Source: Eubacteriales bacterium (GTDB taxonomy: Bacteria; Bacillota; Clostridia; Oscillospirales; QAKW01). From it: 64,000 bases of DNA. Shown here piece by piece: positions 29,695-38,193 of this stretch (positions are counted from its first letter, which is position 1; the number at the start of each line of letters is the position of its first letter). The notes under the pieces were generated by a model. The model saw nothing but the letters and a program-made list of their open reading frames with translations, did no database searches and was not told the origin of the DNA. The DNA lies in the NCBI GenBank assembly GCA_045541455.1, contig JAZQJA010000012.1, forward strand, positions 178 to 64,177, read 5' to 3'. Made by a program: the position numbers and the translations under genes.

Positions 29695-30688
29695 CTATAA
29701 ATGCATTTGGAATAAAACGCATACCGTCAGCATCTGAACCGCTGGGATTATTTATAATTTCATCTTTATAGGACAATACGGTAGAAGAACCGCCGTCTAG
29801 ATTTGCTGCGTTGTAACAACCCTGTTCAATCATAATTTCTTGCAATGTTTTTATAGTTACACCTGCAGAATTCACAGAGCGTCCGTCAACAACTACAAAG
29901 ATTACCGTACCGTCACGGCGTTGGCCGATTGCAGTACGGGGAGCCAAGCCCCAACCGCCGTTACCGGTTATTTCAGCAGCCTCGCCGTTAATTATTAAAA
30001 ACGGCGTAAATTCGACCGCGTCACGTAAACCAAGTGATTCCAATTCACTATGCTTATATTTTCCGAGCACCAGAACATTACCTTCATTAAAACCGACAAT
30101 ATTATAGTAACTCTTTTTAGGAAGATGAAGTGCATCGCCTTCCGATATAACAAGTCCCATTGGTATACCACCGTTGCCAAAACCGTTGGCATCACCAAAA
30201 CCGCCGGCATTAATGCCTGCAACTGCATTTGGGTAGTTTTCAAGAAGGTATGGCATTTTTTGACCCTTATATCCAAAATATTTAGATACACCAAGTTTTA
30301 CTGTAGACGGATCGGATATTTCAAGCATCCACGCCTTGTAAGCACCTTCACTGATATCCGTAAGTTTAATTTCGTTGGTTTTTTTATCTGTATCGATACT
30401 TTCAGTATCAGTTACACTATCAAGTTCTTTAACCGTATTACTTGCCATTACTTTTTCTATAACTGAGTCAGGATAAAAGATATGGGAAATATACTTATGA
30501 TTTATGGTAGTTTCTGTTGATGTAATAAGAAATGTACGGAAACCGGACCATGGACCGTATAACAGCAAAAGGCTTATAGTACCGCAGACAAGCCAAGTAC
30601 CGAAAAGTGATGTAAAGAATTTGCCATGTGGTTTTTTTACAAACGCGACAAACCACTCTTTAAAACTCTTTTTTCTTTTTCTACTCAT
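29675..30688 (-). CDS. phosphodiester glycosidase family protein (NAGPA-like), membrane-anchored
   Basis: N-terminal TM. The C-terminal pattern PRTAIGQRRDGTVIFVVVDGR ... GVT ... AANLDGGSS is typical of the phosphodiester glycosidase (DUF2233) family. Confidence 0.75.
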   Translation of the reverse strand: MSRKRKKSFKEWFVAFVKKPHGKFFTSLFGTWLVCGTISLLLLYGPWSGFRTFLITSTETTINHKYISHIFYPDSVIEKVMASNTVKELDSVTDTESIDTDKKTNEIKLTDISEGAYKAWMLEISDPSTVKLGVSKYFGYKGQKMPYLLENYPNAVAGINAGGFGDANGFGNGGIPMGLVISEGDALHLPKKSYYNIVGFNEGNVLVLGKYKHSELESLGLRDAVEFTPFLIINGEAAEITGNGGWGLAPRTAIGQRRDGTVIFVVVDGRSVNSAGVTIKTLQEIMIEQGCYNAANLDGGSSTVLSYKDEIINNPSGSDADGMRFIPNAFIVVDEEQ

Positions 30689-30703
30689 TTGTTCTCCTAA
30701 GAA

Positions 30704-31777
30704 TTAATCTTGAATATCATTTTTGATATCTTTATGAATCTTGTGCTTATACATTACAATAGAACACATAATTACTATAACAAACACAATTATAACAAGA
30801 ACTGTTGCACGCATAAACCCTTCGCCCGCAATAAGAACTGCGGTAAGCCCAAGTATTGCAGCTATTGCATACATTATAGTAACAGCCTGCTTTTGAGTAA
30901 AACCGAGGTCGATAAGACGATGATGTAAATGCGTTTTATCAGCTGACATAGGTGATTTACCACTAAGCACCCTACGAATTGATACAAAAGCCATATCAAA
31001 AATGGGTAAACCGAAAATTAAAAACGGAACTGCGAAAGCAATTATTGCATAAGCCTTAAAAAGCCCCATTACCGATAAAACTGCAAGTGTGTACCCAATA
31101 AACATTGAACCGGTATCGCCCATAAACAGTTTTGCAGGGTTAAAGTTATACGGAACAAAACCAAGACAAGCACCTGCAAGAGCTGCTGCGATTATTGCAA
31201 CAGCCGGTGACTGAAGCAAAATAACAATTACCATAACACAAATTGACATAATAGCCGATACACCAACTGCAAGACCGTCAAGACCGTCAATTAGGTTTAC
31301 AGAATTTAAGATGCCGAGAAGCCAAATAATTGTAACTACATATTGAAGCGGTGTAGAGAGACTTATATATGCATCGTTTACGCCAAATAAATTAGGTAGT
31401 TCTTCAATACGAACACCACAGTAAACGGGAATTGCGGTGGCAAGAAGCTGAAAACCAAATTTTTGTGTGGGTTTAAGAGCCAGCACATCGTCAAAAATGC
31501 CTAATGCCACAATTACTATTGAGCCGAGAAGCATTCCGTAAATTTCTTTTGTAATATACTGATTGCAAAAAACCAAAACCGACAGGTAAAAGCCCGAAAA
31601 TATTGCAAGACCGCCAAGGCGTGGGATTGGTTTTTTATGCATTCTTCGTTTGTCTTTGGGAACATCTATCGCACCAATTTTATATGCAAAATTTTTAGCA
31701 ATAGGTGTACTTGCAAATGACAGAAGAAGGGCCATTATAAAAGCGCCTGCAAGATAGAAATAATCTGTGTATTTCAT
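30704..31777 (-). CDS. MraY/WecA-family (GT4) undecaprenyl-phosphate HexNAc-1-phosphate transferase, TagO-like
   Basis: Polytopic. Motifs GIFDDVLALKP, NLIDGLDGLA, FMGDTGS and HLHHRL. Confidence 0.85.
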   Translation of the reverse strand: MKYTDYFYLAGAFIMALLLSFASTPIAKNFAYKIGAIDVPKDKRRMHKKPIPRLGGLAIFSGFYLSVLVFCNQYITKEIYGMLLGSIVIVALGIFDDVLALKPTQKFGFQLLATAIPVYCGVRIEELPNLFGVNDAYISLSTPLQYVVTIIWLLGILNSVNLIDGLDGLAVGVSAIMSICVMVIVILLQSPAVAIIAAALAGACLGFVPYNFNPAKLFMGDTGSMFIGYTLAVLSVMGLFKAYAIIAFAVPFLIFGLPIFDMAFVSIRRVLSGKSPMSADKTHLHHRLIDLGFTQKQAVTIMYAIAAILGLTAVLIAGEGFMRATVLVIIVFVIVIMCSIVMYKHKIHKDIKNDIQD

Positions 31778-31789
31778 AAAAATTATCCT

Positions 31790-32785
31790 TTATCTTTTGA
31801 TAAATCCAACTTTTTTTTGAACCTTTGACAACATTCTGTAAGCAAGACGATTAGCGCTGTCAGCACTTTGAGTATAAACTTTTTCAAGGTAGTCCTTATT
31901 TTTCATAAGATACTCATATTTTTCACGAAGCGGTGCAAGACCGTCTGCAACAGCCTCACCAACTGCAAGTTTAAAATCACCGTAACCCTTGCCTTCAAAG
32001 AACTTTTCTGCCTCTTTAACGGTACAGCCTGTCATTACACTATAGATAGTAAGCAGGTTACTGATACCAGGTTTATCGTCAGCGAAAACAATTTTATTAT
32101 CGCTGTCAGTAACAGCGCTTTTAAACTTACGGATTATTGTATCCTTGTCTTCTATAATACTGATATATGATTTGGGATTAGGGTCAGACTTACTCATTTT
32201 TTTATCTGGTTGAGAAAGAGACATAACCTTCGCGCCGACAGAAGGAATATAACCCTCCGGCACTTTAAAAACATCACCATAAATACCATTAAAACGAATT
32301 GCAATATTGCGGGCAAGTTCGAGGTGCTGTTTTTGGTCAACACCTACCGGAACAAGATCAGTACCGTACAATAAAATATCAGCCGCCATAAGCGTAGGAT
32401 ATGTGAAAAGGCCTGCGTTTATATTATCGGCGTGCTGCTTTGATTTATCCTTAAACTGTGTCATTCTGCCAAGTTCGCCGTACATTGTGTAACAGTTAAG
32501 AATCCAAGCAAGTTCAGCATGAGCAGGAACATGACTTTGAATAAAAACAAGATTTTTTTCAGGATCAACACCTGTCGCTAAAATAATTGCAAGTGTTGAA
32601 AGGGTGCGCGCACGAAGGTCGGCAGGAGTGTTTCTGACTGTTATTGCATGCATATCAACGACAGAAAAAATACCATAACCGAGGTTAGCCGTAAGAGGCC
32701 AATTACGAACAGCGCCGATATAGTTACCAAGGGTGATTGTACCGCTTGGCTGGATACCGCTGAAAATTATTTTTTGATTATCCAT
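31790..32785 (-). CDS. trpS: tryptophan--tRNA ligase
   Basis: Class I motifs SGIQPSGTITLGNYIG and KMSKSD; 331 aa. Confidence 0.96.
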   Translation of the reverse strand: MDNQKIIFSGIQPSGTITLGNYIGAVRNWPLTANLGYGIFSVVDMHAITVRNTPADLRARTLSTLAIILATGVDPEKNLVFIQSHVPAHAELAWILNCYTMYGELGRMTQFKDKSKQHADNINAGLFTYPTLMAADILLYGTDLVPVGVDQKQHLELARNIAIRFNGIYGDVFKVPEGYIPSVGAKVMSLSQPDKKMSKSDPNPKSYISIIEDKDTIIRKFKSAVTDSDNKIVFADDKPGISNLLTIYSVMTGCTVKEAEKFFEGKGYGDFKLAVGEAVADGLAPLREKYEYLMKNKDYLEKVYTQSADSANRLAYRMLSKVQKKVGFIKR

Positions 32786-32879
32786 AAATATCTCCCATAG
32801 AACATACTAATACATTATATATTTATTAATTAATAATAACACAATCTTTGCTATTATACAATAATAAAAATACAATTTC

Positions 32880-32938
32880 AACAAATTTAATTAAAATATC
32901 GCCCTTTTAGTAAGGGCGATATTTTAATTAAATTTGTT
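32880..32938 (-). terminator. very long perfect hairpin (27-bp arms) acting as terminator of the ABC operon upstream of trpS
   Basis: The arms 32880-32906 and 32912-32938 are perfectly complementary (AACAAATTTAATTAAAATATCGCCCTT / AAGGGCGATATTTTAATTAAATTTGTT) with a 5-nt loop. The core is GC-rich and the flanks are A/T. It begins 8 nt after the stop at 32947. Confidence 0.7.
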
Positions 32939-32946
32939 TATACATA

Positions 32947-33504
32947 TCAGTCAAGTGTTATTACAGTATCCGCAATAATGGTATCCTCAGAATTATGGGT
33001 GACAAAAACAATTTGTCTGCCGTCGCTTTTTAAAAGTTGTAACAGCGCACGGCGGTTTTGTGCATCAACTGATGAAAACGGTTCATCAAGTACAAGCAAG
33101 TCGGCATCATACACAAGCGCTCTTGCAAGGGCTACACGCTGTTTCATACCACCTGACAATTCATCAGGGTACTTGTCATAATCATTTATACCTACATAAT
33201 CCAACATTGTCTTTGCTGTGTCAACAGTTGTAATATCGTCATTTAGCACAACATTTACATTTTGAAGTGCAGTAAGCCACGGGAAAAGACGAGGTTCTTG
33301 AAACATAAACGATATTTTTTTGTCGCACACTACTTTGCCGGAGTTTAGTTTGACATTGCCTGCAATAGCATTTAAAAGTGTAGTTTTGCCGCTGCCGGAC
33401 TCACCAACAATGGCAGTGATATTGGAATTTGAAAGATCAATTGAAAAGTTATCAATCACTGTATTATCACCATACCGGACAGTGATATTTTCAAGTTTTA
33501 ACAT
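32947..33504 (-). CDS. ABC transporter ATP-binding protein (NitT/TauT-type), compact 185 aa
   Basis: Walker A GESGSGKTT, Q-loop FQEPRLFPW, signature LSGGMKQR, Walker B LLVLDEPFS and H-loop VTHN. It overlaps the permease stop by 7 nt. Confidence 0.9.
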   Translation of the reverse strand: MLKLENITVRYGDNTVIDNFSIDLSNSNITAIVGESGSGKTTLLNAIAGNVKLNSGKVVCDKKISFMFQEPRLFPWLTALQNVNVVLNDDITTVDTAKTMLDYVGINDYDKYPDELSGGMKQRVALARALVYDADLLVLDEPFSSVDAQNRRALLQLLKSDGRQIVFVTHNSEDTIIADTVITLD

Positions 33505-34262
33505 ACTGTCACCTGCCTTTCAAAACGGCTTCCCATTTTTTTGACCATAGCGCAAAATACATATTCAATAATCACGCTTAGCAAAATTACAACCGTACTC
33601 CACGCAAAAAGGTCAACAGTTTCAAGATACATCTTACTACTGTAAATCATTTTTCCGATAGCAAACACAGGAACTGCAAGAACCTCTGCCGCAATAGCAG
33701 ATTTCCACGCGAGACCAAGCGAAGAGCGGCACGCTGACCAGAAATAAGGGTAAACTGACGGTATATATAACCGTTTCAAACGGCGAAAAAATGAAAATTT
33801 ATACGCATAAGTTACAGACAGCAGTGATTTATCAACATTTTTTATACCGCCGCATACGTTTGCCCAGACTACAGGCACAACAATAAGTACTGATATAAAT
33901 ACCGGTAATACATCGCGGTTAATCCAAAGCAGAGCAAGCATTATAAACGAAGCGACCGGAGTTGCTTTGATAACATTCATAATCGGCGATATAAGTGCAT
34001 CTACCAATACATATCGGCTTGTAAATACTGCCAAAATCACGCCTAAAACAATTGAAATAACAATTGCTGCCAAAACACGTACGAACGAAGCTGAAATTAT
34101 ATACCAAAATTCGAAAGTTGAAGCAAAAGTTATAATGCGTAAAAAAACCGTCACAGGAGAAGGGAGCAAAAGTTCGCTCCCTATCACCTGCGACATAATT
34201 TGCCACACGGTAAGCCAAAACACCGCAGATATAATATTTTTAATAATTTTTTTGATCATCAA
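33498..34262 (-). CDS. ABC transporter permease (NitT/TauT-type)
   Basis: Six TM segments in a BPD-transporter-like arrangement. It overlaps neighbours on both sides. Confidence 0.85.
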   Translation of the reverse strand: MMIKKIIKNIISAVFWLTVWQIMSQVIGSELLLPSPVTVFLRIITFASTFEFWYIISASFVRVLAAIVISIVLGVILAVFTSRYVLVDALISPIMNVIKATPVASFIMLALLWINRDVLPVFISVLIVVPVVWANVCGGIKNVDKSLLSVTYAYKFSFFRRLKRLYIPSVYPYFWSACRSSLGLAWKSAIAAEVLAVPVFAIGKMIYSSKMYLETVDLFAWSTVVILLSVIIEYVFCAMVKKMGSRFERQVTVC

Positions 34263-35236
34263 TCGATATAGTAAATATCGTCAGCAGGCAATTTGCCGCC
34301 GATTGATTTAGCTTGTGCTTCAAACATTATCGAATAAAAAGTACTAAGAGCTGTTTTCATCTCTTCGCCCTTAACAAAGCAGAGATTGCAATTTGGAATT
34401 GCTTTCATAGCAATAGGTGCTTTTTCAAAAATTTTATGAGTTGCAATCATTTGTGAAGCGGGTTCTGTGTTCTCGACAACATAAGTTACAGATGCCTCGT
34501 ATTCTTCGAGAAATTTGTTTAGTTCGTTGGGGTTATTTTCTGCAAAAGTTTTTGTAACTACAATACATCCTTGCACTAAAGAACCTTTTTGAGCAACCTT
34601 ATCCCATTCGGAAGTAAGATCAAGTGCCACATTTAAATTTGTATTAGCAGTTTTAGCAATAGTAACCATAGGTTCAGGCAATACCGCAAGTTCTACCTTT
34701 CCTGCGGCAACAGCTGTACGAAGGTCTGCGGGAGCAGTATATGAAAAATCCAGAGTAATATCCTCGCCTATTTTAAGGCCGTTTTTCTCGCAAAGGAAGT
34801 TTGTAATATACTCAGGATTTGAGCCCTGGCCCGGAACATAAAGAGTTTTACCCTTAAGGTCGGCAAAACTTTTTACTGTATTACCGTTTTCAACAACATA
34901 CAAAACGCCAAGAGTATTAAGGGCTGCAACCTTTACACCACCTTGTGTTTTATTGTAAACAACAGATGCAGCATTAGTTGGCAAAGCTGCGATATCAACT
35001 TCACCCTTTATTAAAGCGGCATTGATAACAGACGCATCTGTTTCCACAGAAATATTATAATTGAGTGCTGTTTTATCATTAGCATTGTCATCAATAAGTT
35101 TTGCCATGCCAAAACCGGTAGTACCGTTAAGTACCATAACCTTGATTTCCTTTTCAGTATCAAGTTTGGGCGCGCACGCTACAAGCGATAAAGCGAGAGC
35201 AATTAAAACTGCAATTGCAATAATTCTTTTTTTCAT
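34259..35236 (-). CDS. ABC transporter substrate-binding lipoprotein (NMT1/THI5-like)
   Basis: Lipobox LSLVAC. The pattern of an NMT1-type periplasmic binding protein is present (KVMVLNGTTGFGMAKL ... AALPTN ... LYVPGQGS). Confidence 0.8.
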   Translation of the reverse strand: MKKRIIAIAVLIALALSLVACAPKLDTEKEIKVMVLNGTTGFGMAKLIDDNANDKTALNYNISVETDASVINAALIKGEVDIAALPTNAASVVYNKTQGGVKVAALNTLGVLYVVENGNTVKSFADLKGKTLYVPGQGSNPEYITNFLCEKNGLKIGEDITLDFSYTAPADLRTAVAAGKVELAVLPEPMVTIAKTANTNLNVALDLTSEWDKVAQKGSLVQGCIVVTKTFAENNPNELNKFLEEYEASVTYVVENTEPASQMIATHKIFEKAPIAMKAIPNCNLCFVKGEEMKTALSTFYSIMFEAQAKSIGGKLPADDIYYID

Positions 35237-35248
35237 TTTGTTTTCTCC

Positions 35249-35899
35249 TTAATATTTTTCAAGCATTAATGCTTTATTTACTATTTTAATTGTTTCACCG
35301 TCACGCTCTATACAACCGTCTTTTTCAAAGTTGTCAAGCGCACGATATAAAGATGCCCTACCTATATTCAAAGTATCTGCAAGCGCTGCGAAACTGATAT
35401 TCATTGTTACAGTATCACTTTGATAGTCGGCAAGAAACACCGCCAACTTACGTTCTGTTGAGCCTGCCGTGAGATAAGTAATTTTCTTATTAAGATAGCA
35501 TATTCTTCCGCTTAAAAATAAAATATAGTTATACATAACCATTTTATCTGTTTCAAGCATTTTTTGAACAGTATCACGTTCTAAAAACAAAAGTTTTGCA
35601 CTGCCTTTAGCATAAATACGGCTGACACGGTTACAGTCGGAAAACAAGCTTGCTACACCGAAAATACCGCCCGCCTCTATTTTTCGCAACAGCATACTGC
35701 GTTTACTATCAACCGAGCGTGCATATACACAGCCCTCAATAACGATTGCCAGTTTATTTTCGACCGAAATTTCCTCCCCCGAATGAAAACAACATACTAC
35801 GGCGCCTTTTGAACCCAACACCGTTGTCAGCGTTTTTTCTTCAGCACCCATAAAAAGCGGAGTTTTTGTTACTAAATCATAATATTTATCAGCATTCAT
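35249..35899 (-). CDS. Crp/Fnr family transcriptional regulator
   Basis: A cNMP-binding-like N-domain (LFMGAEE ... GGIFGVASLF) plus a C-terminal HTH (LADTLNIGRASLYRALDNFEKDG). The start is set to the ATG at 35899 (MNADKYY). The longer ORF-track start would run through the upstream terminator. Confidence 0.8.
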   Translation of the reverse strand: MNADKYYDLVTKTPLFMGAEEKTLTTVLGSKGAVVCCFHSGEEISVENKLAIVIEGCVYARSVDSKRSMLLRKIEAGGIFGVASLFSDCNRVSRIYAKGSAKLLFLERDTVQKMLETDKMVMYNYILFLSGRICYLNKKITYLTAGSTERKLAVFLADYQSDTVTMNISFAALADTLNIGRASLYRALDNFEKDGCIERDGETIKIVNKALMLEKY

Positions 35900-35978
35900 T
35901 ATCCTTATCTCTTTCAAAATTGTATCAAATGGGACATTTTTATAATAAACTGTATATTGATATTTGTCAATAGAAATA

Positions 35979-36015
35979 ACAAAAAACGCTTTTACATTTT
36001 TATGCAAAAGCGTTT
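35979..36015 (-). terminator. intrinsic terminator after the FkbM-family gene
   Basis: AACGCTTTT ... AAAAGCGTT stem overlaps the stop codon and is followed on the minus strand by a T-run. Confidence 0.6.
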
Positions 36016-37042
36016 AAATAAAATAATAGTTTAAATCCCAAGCGGGAATATAAGGGAAATGGCGAAGATACATTTTATAATCCGGATTTAGCGCAAGTAT
36101 TTGTTTTGGTATTTCAAAGATGTCTTCACTACGGTGATAAGCCGCAATAGAAAGTTTGGGTTTGTAATTTTGTATAGTGAACCGTGCACCCATTATTGCC
36201 TGTTTTTCAGCACCTTCAACATCCATTTTTATAAAAGTTGCAGGAGAGCCATTTAATATGTTATCAACAGTATCTGTTTGCACCTTGATGCCGAGATTAG
36301 ACACGTGCGAATTTCTTCTGCTTTGAGTATCAAAAGTTACAAAACCTGTTTTTTCCCAGATTGCAACATTTAAGCAGACAACATCACTCCCCACATTTTG
36401 CACAAGTTTCTTAAAGGACTTACAGTCGGGTTCTACAGCGTATATTTTTTTAGCACCGCCTGCATAGTTTAGAAATTGTTGCACAGTATCACCGCGGTAA
36501 GCACCAAGGTCTAAATAAATTTCAGTATCAGTCAAGCGAAGTATATTTTCATACGCCTCAGAAACCTCTGTTTCACATCTGCACAGAGGAATGATATTCC
36601 CGCTCAATTTATAGGTGATTATATCATCGAAAACCTCTGCTGATTTTTTATCGGCAAAGCGTGATTTTACAAAGTCAATTGACTCTTTGTTGGCACTGTA
36701 AAATTCTTTATCAAAAATATTTTCTCCAAAAACGGGAAGGTCGGGAGAAAAGAGTTGCTGTTCGTTTGAAATTCGCTTTATATTGTCCATAACCTCGGTA
36801 AGCTGTGTACCAAATGCTGTTAGAACAATAAAATCACCAAATATATTTTTGGCATCTGAATAGTTCATTAGTTTAAAACCGCGATAAGTTTTATCACGCA
36901 CAAAACCGTCACTGACAAAAACTCCCGACACCGAAATGCCGAGAGTATTAAGTCTGTTAAATATTTTATCTGCACCGTTACCCATTCCATAAAGAAGAAT
37001 AGGTTTTTTTGCAGTTTGTAAATATGTCCAAAGGTCTGTCAC
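36014..37042 (-). CDS. FkbM family methyltransferase
   Basis: The C-terminal half has LDLGAYRGDTV ... IYAVEPD ... VDVEGAE-type FkbM motifs (FIKMDVEGAEKQ). The GTG start forms a GTGA overlap with the upstream stop. Confidence 0.75.
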   Translation of the reverse strand: MTDLWTYLQTAKKPILLYGMGNGADKIFNRLNTLGISVSGVFVSDGFVRDKTYRGFKLMNYSDAKNIFGDFIVLTAFGTQLTEVMDNIKRISNEQQLFSPDLPVFGENIFDKEFYSANKESIDFVKSRFADKKSAEVFDDIITYKLSGNIIPLCRCETEVSEAYENILRLTDTEIYLDLGAYRGDTVQQFLNYAGGAKKIYAVEPDCKSFKKLVQNVGSDVVCLNVAIWEKTGFVTFDTQSRRNSHVSNLGIKVQTDTVDNILNGSPATFIKMDVEGAEKQAIMGARFTIQNYKPKLSIAAYHRSEDIFEIPKQILALNPDYKMYLRHFPYIPAWDLNYYFI

Positions 37043-38193
37043 TCGATTATTTCCTCTTGTGTTTTTTCACAATTACGTGTAAATTCAGATGCAAGAACAT
37101 ATAAAATTGATGTAAATGGGACTGCAAACAGAGCACCGATAGGACCTAAAAGTCCGTTACCGATAATAACTGACAAAAGCACCCAAACACCAGGAAGCCC
37201 TACCTGACGTCCGACAACGCGTGGATATATAAAGTTACCTTCGAGTTGTTGAAGCACAACCAAAAATATTAAAAACCACAACGCTTTTATAGGGTCGGAT
37301 ATAAGTATAAGTAAAGCTGATATTGCACCGCCTATCCATGCACCCAAAATTGGAATGAGTGCAAAAGTTCCAATTATCACAGATACAACAGGTGCATATG
37401 GTATTTGTAAAATAAGCATTCCAACAAAACAAAGCAAACCTAGTATTACAGCCTCAATAAGCTGACCGCCGATAAAATTTGAAAAGGCTTTTGCAGAAAG
37501 ATTTACAACACGGCTGGATGTATTAAACATCTTTTCACTAAACAACGCTTTACAAAAACGTTTTATTTGACTTAAAATCAAATCCTTTTGTGCAAGAAAA
37601 TACACCGAAAGAAAAATGCCAAGGAAAGTATTAACAATAGTTGCGATTACAGAACCGCCAAAAACACTTACTGAATTTATTACATTGCCGACATTATTTT
37701 TGATAATATCGGTAACTTTATCCAAGAAATTTTCACCGCCGAGTAGTATTTCCGAAATGCGTTCCGATGTCAAATTAAAGCGCTGCAATATTTCGCGAAT
37801 AAAAACAAGCGCACGTTGTGTAAATGCCGGAAGTCCCGCCGTTATTGCCGCAGCAGTTCTGCTTATTTGAGGGATAATGACCAAAAGCAAAATTGCAATT
37901 GCACCAAAAAACACTAAAAAGGTGGCAACAATAGAAAGAGTGCGCACTATTTTAGGATGCTGTTTTTTCTTGTTAATGAATACGAACACATTATTTTCAA
38001 AACGATTAACGAGAATTCCTAAAATAAACGCAAGGCAAACACCCACAAGTATTGGTGTAAATACAGCTGCAACGCCTTTTACCCAGCCCATAACACTTTT
38101 AATATTAAGGGCAACAGTAAGCATTGCAATTATTATTGCAGAAATACCGATTATTCTTTTAAAAGTCGTTTTGCTATTCATAATTTTATCCAA
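37039..38193 (-). CDS. AI-2E family transporter (PerM/UPF0118)
   Basis: Eight TM segments. The C-terminal pattern QQLEGNFIYPRVVG....LPGVWVLLSVIIG is diagnostic of AI-2E/PerM. The TTG at 38193 overlaps the oadB stop. An alternative ATG at 38181 lies 4 nt after it. Confidence 0.85.
   Translation of the reverse strand: MDKIMNSKTTFKRIIGISAIIIAMLTVALNIKSVMGWVKGVAAVFTPILVGVCLAFILGILVNRFENNVFVFINKKKQHPKIVRTLSIVATFLVFFGAIAILLLVIIPQISRTAAAITAGLPAFTQRALVFIREILQRFNLTSERISEILLGGENFLDKVTDIIKNNVGNVINSVSVFGGSVIATIVNTFLGIFLSVYFLAQKDLILSQIKRFCKALFSEKMFNTSSRVVNLSAKAFSNFIGGQLIEAVILGLLCFVGMLILQIPYAPVVSVIIGTFALIPILGAWIGGAISALLILISDPIKALWFLIFLVVLQQLEGNFIYPRVVGRQVGLPGVWVLLSVIIGNGLLGPIGALFAVPFTSILYVLASEFTRNCEKTQEEIIE

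Noticed and set aside
32786-32946. T-box leader upstream of trpS (and similarly upstream of argS)
   Set aside because: The spacer is only about 160 nt. It is mostly occupied by the long terminator hairpin and a promoter, and it lacks the T-box sequence (AAnnnGGGTGGTACCGCG-like) and a specifier-loop architecture. argS has no free leader at all.
35900-36007. N-terminal 36-aa extension of the Crp/Fnr ORF given in the ORF track
   Set aside because: The extension would run through the terminator of the upstream FkbM gene and has no SD. The internal ATG at 35899 gives a protein of normal Crp/Fnr length.
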